From Vicugna vicugna (Eukaryota), in NCBI GenBank assembly GCA_013265495.1, contig MU061814.1, forward strand, positions 6,017,684 through 6,081,683: 64,000 bases of DNA. The letters run 5' to 3'. The notes beneath the pieces are model-generated. The model saw only the letters and a list, made by a program, of their open reading frames with translations, was not told where the DNA came from and did not search any database. Made by a program: the position numbers and the translations under genes. This document shows positions 1 to 17,640 of the stretch, in pieces; the stretch's first letter is position 1; every line of letters starts with the position of its first letter.

Positions 1-248
1 GCCACGTGGATGTCTGGGGTAGGGGTAGGCTGACCTCTCTGGAAGTGACCTCGGCATCCCCACCCACCTTGGGGGTCCTGGGGAAGCTCCTCTGGGTCTG
101 CATCCTGCTCCTGGGACCCCCGAAGGAGGGCCCCAGCCATGCGCTCAGCTCCCTGCTCAGGCAGGCCCCGGGATCAGACTGTGGGAGAGACGCACCAGGG
201 CTGCTGGGGGGCCCGGGGGCCGTGGCCTCACTCTCTCAGCCCCCGCAG

Positions 249-7460
<7,212 letters not shown>

Positions 7461-7857
7461 ACGTGGAGACCCTCTGGGCGCAGCAGGGTCTGCAGAAGCT
7501 GCGGCTACCCCTGCCTTGGGCACAGCTTGGATACTTGCCTGTTGGCTAGGGGTGGGCCAGGCTTGACAGCACAAACCCCTTGGCCAAGAGCCCACCTGAC
7601 AGGCCAGTCCAGTGTCTGTGGGGACCCCAGAGACGGCCCCAGGGTCTGGGCCCCGGGTGAGAAGCCTTGAAGCCACCTTGCGTTCTGGGGAGGGTCCACT
7701 AGAAGGTGCTTCCTCAGAACCTCCCAGGCTGCCCCGCTGGCTTGTGGGTGGAGCCCCAGGAGCTTTGCTGCTGAGCTAAAGAGGAGGAAGGAGGGGAGCC
7801 CTGCCCCTCCTCTTTGGGGGACCTTCTAGGGACCTGCTGTTAGTCAGGGGCAGGGCT

Positions 7858-7863
7858 AATAAA
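7858..7863 (+). terminator. RTEL1 polyadenylation signal AATAAA
   Basis: Canonical hexamer ~400 nt after the RTEL1 stop and upstream of the TNFRSF6B start. Confidence 0.8.
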
Positions 7864-8272
7864 GCTGCTGGCACTACTGGGATGGGGTCTGCGTGGCCTA
7901 GGCAGGGTGGTGGGTTTGAGGGTGCCGGGAAGGATGGGATGGATGTCTTGGCAGTCTCCCTCCCACCTGGTTTCAGTGGCAGGTGTCTCCAGGGGCTTTG
8001 TCCCAGTTTGTCCGTAGGCGGGGTGCTGCTCCCCCCTTCCACCCTCCCACTGCCAGGCCTGGGAAGGGGGCCATGAGCTGCCCATGGTGCTTAGGGGCCC
8101 TCACAGGACCACCCTTCCCCTGGGCTCTGGGGAGGTGGGGGCCAGAACTGGGTCAAAGCCTAGGCCCCTGGTCGCTGACGTCTCCCCTTGGCGGGCAGGG
8201 GAGGGGCTCCCGTGGAGGCGCAGCCAGGCCGGCCCTTACACGACCTGGAGGCCCCGTTGCTCCAGCGAGACC

Positions 8273-9743
8273 ATGAGGGGCCCTCCTTGGTCGCTGCCAT
8301 CCCTGCCGCTGGCTCTCGCAGCCCACGGGGCGGCAGGGGACACGCCCACCTACCCGTGGCGGGACCTGGAGGCAGGGGAGTGGCTGGTGTGCAGCCAGTG
8401 ACCCCCAGGCACCTTCAAGCAGCAGCCTGAAGACCGGGACAGCCCCACGACGTGCGGCGCGTGCCCGCCCCGCCACTAACATAATTTTGGAACTACGGGG
8501 AGCGCCGCCACTACTGCAACGTCATCTGCATGGAGCGTGGGGAGGCGGCGTGGCCGTGCAGGGCCACCCATAACCACGCCTGCCGCTGTCGCCCCGGCTT
8601 CTTCGCACACGGCAGCTTCTGCCTGGAGCACACAACCTGCCTGCCCGGCGTCGGCATGGCTGCCCCGCTGGGTGCGGGTGCGTGGGGCCGCCGTGCCAAG
8701 ACCTCAGCTGAGTGAGGACGACCCCGGCTCTCCTGACCCCGTAATCTGTCCTCGTCCTCAAGCACCCGCAGCCAGAGCACGCAGTGCCAGCCGTGTCCCT
8801 GGGCACTTTCTCAGCCAGTAGCTCGAGCTTGGAGCAGTGCCAGCTGCACCGCAACTGCACAGCCTGGGTCCAGCCTTCAACGTGCCGGACTCCTCCTCCC
8901 ACGAGTCCCTGTGCACCAACTGCATGAGCTTCCCACTCGGCTCCAGCAAGCTGGGGGCGCCGGGTGAGCCGGAATGGGGTGTGGAGCCCCAGCTGTTGGG
9001 TCCGAGGCCAGCCCTGGAGCGTGAGGCCTTGGCTGGCTCCCGGGAAGGGCTTCCAGAAGCCATGTGGGTTCAAAGGGCACCAGAGCCCCACGGAGCCAAC
9101 CTCGGAGAGCTCTGGGGCGGTGGGGGTGGCCCAGGGAATGCACCTTGCAGAGGGTTTTAGCGCTGGTGGGTGATGCCATTTCCCGCCGACATCGGGAAAC
9201 AGGCTCAGAGGGTTTAAAGGCCTTCCACGAGGTCAGGGTGGTGAAAGGGGCCGAGCCCCTTAGCGTCCCATCTCGTCCCTGGCGTTGACCCACGAGCCCC
9301 GCCCCCAGCCCGCCTCCCTGCTGCCGGAAGTTCCGCGGCTGCGGTGGACCCGCCACCACAGCTCAAGCCTCGCCCACTTGTTAGCCCACAGGGGTTCGTT
9401 CCTCCTTTGTTCTGTCCTCACCACCCCCTGCCCACAGAGCCTAGCGAGGACCTGACTGAGCCCCCACCTCGCCACACCCTCCTACAGGGACCAGGGAGTG
9501 CGAGCGGGCCCTTGTCGACTTCGTGGCTTTCCAGGATCTCTCCGCCCAGAGGCTCCTGTGGCTGCAGCAGGTCCTGACCAGCCTAGGCACGGAGCCCGCC
9601 AACGCCACTGCCGCCAGTGGCGAGGGCAGGCCGCACGGCCCTGCGGCTGAGACTGGCGGCAGCTCACGGAGCTCCGTGAAGCGCCGGCCAGGCTGCCCGG
9701 GCTGGAGCGCAGCATCCACGGGCGCTTCCTCCAGGCGCCCTGA
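8273..9743 (+). pseudogene. TNFRSF6B: Decoy receptor 3 (DcR3) unitary pseudogene, three recognisable exons (~8273-8671, ~8762-8963, 9488-9743)
   Basis: Homology: TPTYPWRD, PPGTF, RDSPTTCG, CRCRPGFFAH, QCQPCP, ECERALVDFVAFQD, ARLPGLERSI. Syntenic position between RTEL1 and ARFRP1. Lesions: TGA at a Cys codon (8399-8401); 1-nt deletion plus TAA (8477-8484); exon 2 acceptor AG>AA (8760-8761); 1-nt deletions near 8800 and 8865-8878; two frameshifts and a ~14-codon deletion in exon 3. Confidence 0.92.
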
Positions 9744-9757
9744 GCGCCCTCCCGTCA

Positions 9758-9763
9758 TTTATT
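9758..9763 (-). terminator. Candidate distal ARFRP1 poly(A) signal (AATAAA on - strand)
   Basis: TTTATT on + strand, 15 nt after the TNFRSF6B stop. Confidence 0.6.
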
Positions 9764-10595
9764 CACTCCCGGCCTGGGCCCCCCAGCCGTACCAAAGGAG
9801 GCTTCTGACCTGGTTCCTGGGTCACTTTAGTTTTTATAAAGCGGATTTGTCAGAGTGTGGCGTCTGACCGGCCACAGTGGGCACACCTGGTGGGGAAAGA
9901 CTGGGCAGCCTACCTGAGTGTCCAGCTCTCTCAGGCTGGCCCCACCCCCATCTGACAGACTTCAATGGACAGTGGGTGGCAGCTGTGGGGCGCGGTGGGG
10001 TCCCTGAGGCCCGCTCTGCGATCCCCCATTGCCTGCTCAGCAGGCAGAGCCTTATGGAGGGTGGGCGGCCAAGCCCAGGGGCTCCCACTGCAGAACAGAT
10101 GGCAACCCAGAGCAGTGGGCAGCAGCCAGCAGGCCCTGGGCACCAGAACTCCCACTCAGCCCGGCACTCTCGTGAACTCTGCCCACTTCAAACAGCAGGG
10201 ATTTCCTAGGAAGGGACAGCCAAGGCCTCCTGGGAGGCCAAGGGGTCCCACTGGCTTTCTGGGAAATGAGGCTTTTCCCTCTGGGGCAGGTTCAGAAAAC
10301 GGCTTGACCCACCCACCCAGGGGGACTCTCAGCCTTACCCTTGTTCTGGGAGCCCTCCCTCCACCAGCCCTGGAGCCCCCTGCCTGACCCCCAGGAAGGG
10401 CCCCAGTGAGAGGCAGGGTCACAGCCTTCCCATGAGTCATCCCACCTGCAGCTGGCCTCCACCCCTAGCCCTGACTCGTCCCTTCCTCAACAACTCCCAG
10501 GCCCCACCAGGGAGAGCAGTCTGGGGGGCCTGACCTTCAGAGACAAAGCTACCAGGTCTCCAGAGGAACAATGGACAGGAGCCACTCCAGCTGTC

Positions 10596-10601
10596 TTTAT
10601 T
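10596..10601 (-). terminator. Candidate proximal ARFRP1 poly(A) signal (AATAAA on - strand)
   Basis: TTTATT on + strand, ~950 nt downstream of the ARFRP1 stop. Confidence 0.6.
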
Positions 10602-11557
10602 TTGCCCATGGCTCGGCTCACTGGGTGTTGCCAGCCCCCATGGGGGCTGTGGGGAGGGTCCTCACCTGGGGGGGCCCCTGCTCCTGGGCATAGGCCTGGA
10701 AAGGGATTTCTAGCTGCCTTACTCCAGACCCGAGGGGCACACCACCCCTCACCCCCAGCTAGGAACGCACCCGAGCTGGTGACCACAGTCATCCTAGACT
10801 GGTGGCAGGCTCAGAGGGGGCACCCACTCCCACCATGACCACATAGCTTCCCCTCCTGGCTGGGGATCAGAACAAGGTGGCTGGACCAGTGTAAGGGGCA
10901 CACTGCCTCCCAGGCAGATCTCCCCTGCCCCGTCCTGAGGCTGCGTCACAACCCACAGCCCTACTGGCTTGCAGGGACGAGGGCCAGGTCTCCCTTGAGG
11001 TTAACACCAGGCCTCCAGCCCACTGCCAGGATCAGAGGGGAAAGAGGCTGAGGACAGTCATGACCCCACCAGCTTCCTCCACAGGCATGATACCCAGAGC
11101 CACCCTGCAAGCCACAGAGGGCCCCACCACCCTGGAAAACCCTATTTCCAAGCAGGGTCCCATAAGGCCCCACCGGGCACCAGGCATGCTGGCCTGCTGG
11201 GGCAGCAGCTCCAAAAGGAGAGTTGGCCTGCCAAGGCCTTACCCCAGGGCCTGCAACCTGGGCCTTGGGGGGGGGGCATTGGTGGTGTCCAGGCCTGATG
11301 TGGCCGCGGGCCCCAGTGAGAGTCGGGTGAGGGTCCTGTGTGGCACTGGCCTGGCTTACTGCCCCGGCCCCCCTGGGAGAAGCCCTTGGATGCCTACACT
11401 TATCTGGACACAGAGAGAAGTTTGTCTTAGAGAAGAAACAAAGCAAATGAAAACCAAAGGGCACAGCAAACCCAGCCCCAGGATCAGCAGTGCAGAGCCA
11501 GCAGAACTCCTCTAGCACGCAGGGATGCACGGTGGGCACCAGGGGTCACCGGCGTCC

Positions 11558-14500
11558 TTACGTGATGTCCCGCTGCCGCGGCGGCCGGTGCAGATTCCGC
11601 ACGACGCACTTTACCATCCACTCGATGCCCTCGCGCACCCCCTTGCTGTGGAGACAGTGGGCATGAGACAGGGCCGGCCTGGGCCCCAGCCCACAGGGTG
11701 AGGGTCCCACTCACCCTGTGAGGGCTGAGCAGGCCTGGGTCAGGCAGTCACGCCTGCCGATCTTGGAGGTGCAGTCGCTGAACGCAGTCTTGATGTCAGG
11801 GATGGAGAGGCAAGTCTGGAGGAGGCAAAGCCGTGAGAAGCAGGGCCCCGCAGCCAGACCCCAGCCCCAGGGCAGTGCCTAGAGCTGCCTGGCTGGACAT
11901 GGGGGCCGAAGAAGGGTGTGAAGCAGTGGGGGCCCTGGGGCTACTCCACCTAGGAGGGGTCTGAGGGAAATGAGGGGTGGACAAGATGCACGTGGTCTGA
12001 GGTGCACCCCAGCTGTCACGCCACAGGAGCCCCAGGAACCAGCTGCCCAGTGGTCCCAGGGGTGACACTGGCACAGCTGCCATCTCAGGGGCAGCAGACA
12101 GCTCAGGGTCAGTGCCGACTCCCACCCTGGGTCCTCTGGCATTTCCTTCCCAGAGCTTGCAGCTGAGTCCACCACTGAAGGCAGACAGAGCGCGACTATC
12201 TCCAGCGGATGGATGGCGTGGGGCAGACGGGCTTGGGGCGTCTGAGGGAGACAGCAGCCCTCCCTGAACAGACCCCCATCCTCCAGGGGCACTCACCTCA
12301 ACGTCCTGCTTGTTGGCCAGCACGAGGATGGGGACGCCGTCCAGTGCCTCACTCGTGACCATCTTCTCTGGGGCGGGCAGACAGGCGGCAGTGAGCACCC
12401 ACTGTCCACCTCTGCCCAGAGGTCCCCACCTCCCTGCCAACCTGTCTACAGCACAGACGTGCTCTCGGCCACAGCTCTCCTGACCTGCATCTGGCCAGCC
12501 TCCCCTTACGCCCAGCTCTGAACATGTGGGATGTGCAGCCTGGACCCAACCACTCCACTCCCCCACTGCCTGGCTGACCGCACCCACCAAACGCGTGCTT
12601 GGACTCTGACAGTCTCTCCTCATCCGTGGAGTCGATGACGTAGATGACGCCGTGGCACTCCGCGTAGTACTGGGCAGGAGCAGAAGCAGGTGCTGAGCCA
12701 CAGGCAGGGGCAGCCCCTGACTGGAAGACCCTGCTGGGGTGCTTCCTGGGGGTGGGGAGGTAGGCAGAGTGGTGACGTGGCCCCAGACCCCTTGGACTTG
12801 GGGAGGCCCCCCCCCGCCCACTTCCTAGGTGCTGTGGCCAAAGCCCACTTCAGTGTCTGCTCCTGACAACCATTCACAATCGCTGGCCTGACGGGGCCCA
12901 GACCAGGGAGTCTCTATGCAGACCCGGGGGTCGGGGGAGTACACGAACAGGGCCTCGTGCCTGCTCAGATGGCAAGCCTGACCAGCATCCACTGGTGAGC
13001 CAGGGAGAGGCCATCGAGGGGCAAGGCTAGATATTCAAAGCAGCTCTGTCCCCTGCACAGGAGGCGGCATCAGCGAGCTCCGAGGCTTGCAGGCTGGACT
13101 GGAGCCGGGGTCTGGGGGGTGGGGGGGTGCTGGGCCTCCTGACAGCAAGGGCGACGGAGGGGACCCCACCAGAACCACCGGAGCCCACCTTGTGGGGAGA
13201 GTTACAGGGGGTGGCATGGAGCAGGGGCACAGGGACAGGGAGTCTGCCTTCTGTCCTGATCGGAAAGAGCACGGAGTGGGGGAGAGTATAGCTCAGTGGT
13301 AGAGAGCGCACTTCGCATGCACGAGGTTCTGGGTTCAATTCCCAGCACCTCCATTAAAAAAATAAACCTAATCTCCCCCCCCAACAAAAAGAAAAGAGCG
13401 CTGCATCGTGTCTCGTGGAGCATGTAACTGCATCCTTGCGGCTCTGCCCCGGCTCCCTGCCCACTGTGAGCCCTGGGACCCGAACACCCCGTATGCGCCA
13501 CAGGACACGACACTGTGTTGGGCACCCCGACTCCAGGATGAGACAAGCTTCTGTTCTCCGGCCAGCCTGCTGGGTGATGTGAGGGCCGCGGGCTGGCCTT
13601 GCTGCTGAGATCCGGGAGTGGCAGCCCGACAGCCGAGGCCTCGGTGCAGGAAGGGACAGCGTGGGAATCACCGTGCGGCTCTGGGGGCGGCAGAGGACAC
13701 CAACCCGTGCGCAACGGGGCCCTGGCAGACAGGTGTTGGATCCACCACCACAACCGCTGGACATAAGGTGACAGCCCAGCTGTGGCGGCAGTGACAGGAG
13801 CCACACACCTGGGGCTGATGTGAGCAGAACCAGGAGCGCAAGGGGCTGCCCCAATCCCACGGCACCTGCTCCACCCAGACCCCAGTGGTGACATCACCTG
13901 AGGCTGCACGGGGTCCCACACAACCGGTGGAAAAAGATGAGCCCAGGCGTGGCCTCTGGGTGGGCATGTGCTGGAGGTCACCCAGGTGTGGCCTGAGGCT
14001 GGCGCACACACAGACCCGTAAGTGGCAGCACACAGGATGAGGCTGTGAGGTGGACGCAAGGAAGTGGGCTCGGGGAGTGAAGGTCCAGCACATGTCTGCC
14101 TGGGACAAAGCGACTCAGCTGGCCCATACGGTGGCATGGTGGATGGCGCGGGGCCAGGGACGGCCTCAGGACACAGCATCTGGGAACCAGGCAGGGAGCA
14201 GGAGCTCCCCTCTCCACCCCTCCTGGGGACTCACAGGGGACTCTTGCCGCCTGTCCCTACAGCTCTAGGCTCTGCAGTATTGGGGTTGGGGTGTGGTCAC
14301 CCCATCACACCCACTCACCAGGGACACTACAGGAGACCTGCTAAGTCGCAAACCCTGGCTGACTCCTGAGCAGGTCAGGCAACTCTCGCCCAGGGGCCAG
14401 TGGAGCCTCCATCCTGGCACAGGTATCTGACCCCACTGGCAAGAGGCTGGGCACCCACTGCGCTCCACGGCCGGGGAGCGTATGAGAAACCCAGGGACCC

Positions 14501-16574
14501 CCAGTGAAGGCGAGCTCAGTGACCAGGGCTTAGCTCCTTGAGATGAAGTCATGCCACCTACAGACGTGAAAGCTGAGGACTCGACCAGGCACCAAGCTTG
14601 GGAGGAGCCAATCCCCAACGCAGAGCCTGAGTGCAGCGGGCACCTGTTACCTCGCTGCCTAGCAGGGCCCACTCTGACCCACAAAGAACCACCTTTCCAC
14701 ACCACAGCTGCTTAGGGCAGCCCACCGTGGTGACTTGCCCGGAGGATGGGAGTCTCGGCCAGCTCGGCCTGACAGGAGGCAGCCACCTGAGATGACCGCG
14801 GCCCGCCCAGTCCCGCATCCTCCCCACACACTTCCCGGTGCTGACCTCAACACATCCTACACCCTGGTCTCTGTCACCGTATCTGCTCCTGGGACCCTGG
14901 CCTGTGACAGGATGTCAGGACCTCTGTGCCTCCCCACCTGGGTATATGGCTTGAACAAGCAGCCCCTGGCTTGGCTCTGCCTTGGTCCGACTTAAATGGC
15001 CACAGAGAGCTTGTCAGTGACTGGCCACAGGACAGAACCTGTTCTCGTGACCGAAAGTCAGGGCAGGAGGGGACAGTTTGGGGGGAATGAGGAAAAAGTG
15101 ACTGGGTGCTGCTGCTGGGGTCAAACCAGAAAACAGGGCCTGTGCACCGGGCCCCAACAAGTGTTGGGGCGGGCACATCCGTGCCCCCGGCCCTGGGCTG
15201 CACCAAACCCACCAAGCCAACCCACTGGGAAGGGGCGGGGAAGAGGCTGGCTCTTCTCTCACTACTGGACCCCACTGCCTGGCACAGGCTGAGCTAAAGA
15301 CGGGCTCCAGTCTTAGGGTGTGTGGGGAAGAGCCCCATGCTGAGGTCTCAGAAATGCCTATGTCCAAAGAGGAGGCAGCTGCTGTGGGCCTTGGAAGACA
15401 TCCTCCCCTGAGAGGAAGAGGCGACCCACAAGGACAGGTCCTAAGCCAGGACTGAGGGAAGAGGACCCAGTGGGAGAGGCTCAGGCCCGCTGCTGAAGCT
15501 GAGCGCCAAGGAGGCGTGTGTCTCCCGCATGTCTGCTCCCTGGCTGTCCTTTAGCCTCATCCCGTGCTAAGTAGCAACAAAACTTCCAAGCCAAAAGGAA
15601 CCAAGTGTGTCCCGCTCCTGGGGGAGCAACTCAAGAGCTGGAACAGCCCTGGGGAGGGGAAAAGGCGGCTCAGGAACCAAGTCGGTGACGGAAGTTGCTG
15701 ACAGGAAGGAAAGAAGGTAAGTCCAAGGTCTGAGGAAAGGGAGAAGGAAACCCAGGTGCCACCTGGAGAGAAATGGTGCAAGGGGTGGGCTGGGAGCCCA
15801 CAGGGCATCCACCCCAGTTACCTTGTCCCACAAAGACTGCAGCTCCTCCTGCCCTCCTAAGTCCCAGAACATGAGGCGAGCCTTTCCCACGTCCACAGTG
15901 CCGACTAGGGAAGAGAGAAAAACAGGTGAGGCTGTGGCCCTGGTCCCTGCACGCCACCTCCCAGCTCTCCTGGGGAGGAGCAGGCCACTCCCGCACCCCT
16001 CCACACTGGGGCCAAGGGGAGCCGGAGCAGTGCGTCACAGACAGGGTTCTGGCCGCCTGTCTGCTGGCCTGCAGGCATCACAGCACTCTCGGGGGCCTGT
16101 CCCCCAAACCCACAGCCCCAAGACCCTCCCTTACTGTTCAGACCCACGGTGGTGGTGATTTTGGACAGACTCATCCCCTTGTAGTTCTTGTTAAACCGGG
16201 TTTTTGACTGCTCCAGGAAGGTCTGAGGGGAGAAGGAGAGAGAGGCATGAGGCAGGAACCGGAATACTTTGCAAGACTGTTTCTCAAATATCCCTCCTTG
16301 GGGCTATTCCTTTAAAACAAAGCAAAACAGGACAACATTCTGCTTTTACAGCAGCTGGTGGTAACTGTCTCACGGCCTTATATGGGGTTTAGGTCCTGTC
16401 TGGGTGGAGAACGTGCAGCTAAAGGTGTAAAGCCAAAACGACCACTGCGGGGAGCGGGTGCTGGCAGGAACAGGCACCTACCGTCTTGCCGGCATTGTCC
16501 AGGCCCAGGATCAGGATGCAGTACTCGTCCTTCTGGAACATGTACTTGTACAGGCCTGACAGCAGCGTGTACAT
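11558..16574 (-). CDS. ARFRP1: ADP-ribosylation factor-related protein 1 (201 aa, complete)
   Basis: Coding exons in transcription order: 16574-16482, 16222-16135, 15904-15822, 12669-12588, 12367-12297, 11815-11715, 11645-11558. Total 606 nt, all GT-AG. MYTLLSGLYKYMFQKDEY, GLDNAGKT (P-loop), WDLGGQ, NKQD, ending RPPRQRDIT*. Confidence 0.98.
13278..13395 (+). mobile_element. tRNA-derived SINE, Vic-1-like (camelid family)
   Basis: GGGGGAGAGTATAGCTCAGTGGTAGAG start; A box 13289-13299; B box GGTTCAATTCC 13332-13342; then the CTCCATTAAAAAAATAAACCTAATCTCCCCC tail and an A-rich end. Possible degenerate target-site duplication beginning AAAGAGC. Family name from recalled consensus. Confidence 0.8.
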
Positions 16575-16589
16575 CCTGCCTGGGCACCC

Positions 16590-17640
16590 GACACCAGGAG
16601 TGGGCGATCCGGCCCGCACCCGCCTCCCAGCTTCCCCCAGGTGGCCAGCGGGGCCGTCTGGAGCCCGGCTTGGCCCGCCGCCCCTCCGCCGCCGCCGCAA
16701 CTGCTCCCGGCGCCCGCGCCCCCGCTCCCCGACCCGGGGCTGCGGCCGGGCTTCGCTCCGCTCCGGCCTACCTCGCCCGCCCGCCCGGCCGAGCCGCCGA
16801 GCCCCCGAGCCGCCGCGCCGCCGCGGGTCTAACCCGCCGACCCCACGCCGACCCTGCGCTGACCTCGCGCGCCGCCCGACGGGACGCGGGCCGGCCGCCC
16901 GGGAAGGGGCGGGGCCGTCCCGGCGGCCCCCGCGCCGGGCACTTCCGCCGCCGGCGGTGGCGCTCGGGCGGAAGTGCTTAGGGGCTGCGAGGGCGGAAGC
17001 GGGGCGCTGGGCCGCTGCGGCCGGTGAGGCCGCCGGGCGGTGTGTGGCGGCGGCCGCGAGACCACGCGGAGGAGGACCCGGCCGGGGACGCGACGGGGCC
17101 CGGGTCCGAGGTGACCGGCGGAGCGGGGACGGGCGGCGCGGGTCGCGGAGGGTGGCCGGGCCCGGGGCCCCGGCCCGAGACTCGGAGAATCCGGAGGAGC
17201 CTGACAGCAGCTCCCGGGACGCCCGAGAAGGGAGCCGCGGCCGTGGGGCAGTGGCCAGGGGCCGGCTCTGGCTCCTCCGCTCGGAGCTGGAGACCCCTTC
17301 GGCCCAAACCGGGAGAGCGGGCCCTTCGCGGCTCCGCAGGCTGTCCGCCGAGGGCGGCAGTCGGCGCAGCGCTCGGTGCCGGCCTTGCGGGGTGGCCGGT
17401 CCTGAGCTCGTCTGGCTGCTTTCCCCCGCAGCGCTGGTCCCCACCCAGGGACCCGCCCCTGCCCGCCGCGAGAAAGCAGCCCCCTCCTTGCAGGATGGAC
17501 GAGGAGAGCCTGCAGACCGCCCTCCGCACCTACGACGCGCAGCTGCAGCAGGTGGAGCTGGCCCTGGGCGCCGGCCTGGATCCCTCCGAGCTGGCGGACC
17601 TGCGCCAGCTGCAGGGGGACCTGAAGGAGCTGATCCAGCT
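16590..17640. promoter_or_regulatory. CpG island / bidirectional ARFRP1-ZGPAT promoter
   Basis: Very high CpG density between head-to-head ATGs (16574 on -, 17495 on +). GC boxes; ETS motifs at 16941-16947 (-), 16969-16975 (+) and ~16994-16999. Likely non-coding first-exon donors at 16864/16863 (-, GTCAGC) and 17110/17111 (+, GTGACC). Confidence 0.9.

Noticed and set aside
8273-9743. Intact TNFRSF6B CDS (ORFs 8530-8715, 9523-9867)
   Set aside because: These are fragments of a frameshifted pseudogene; no splice path restores the cysteine-rich domains.
13278-13350. tRNA-Ala-like gene
   Set aside because: A and B boxes are present, but the sequence continues into a SINE body and A-rich tail, and the anticodon arm is irregular.
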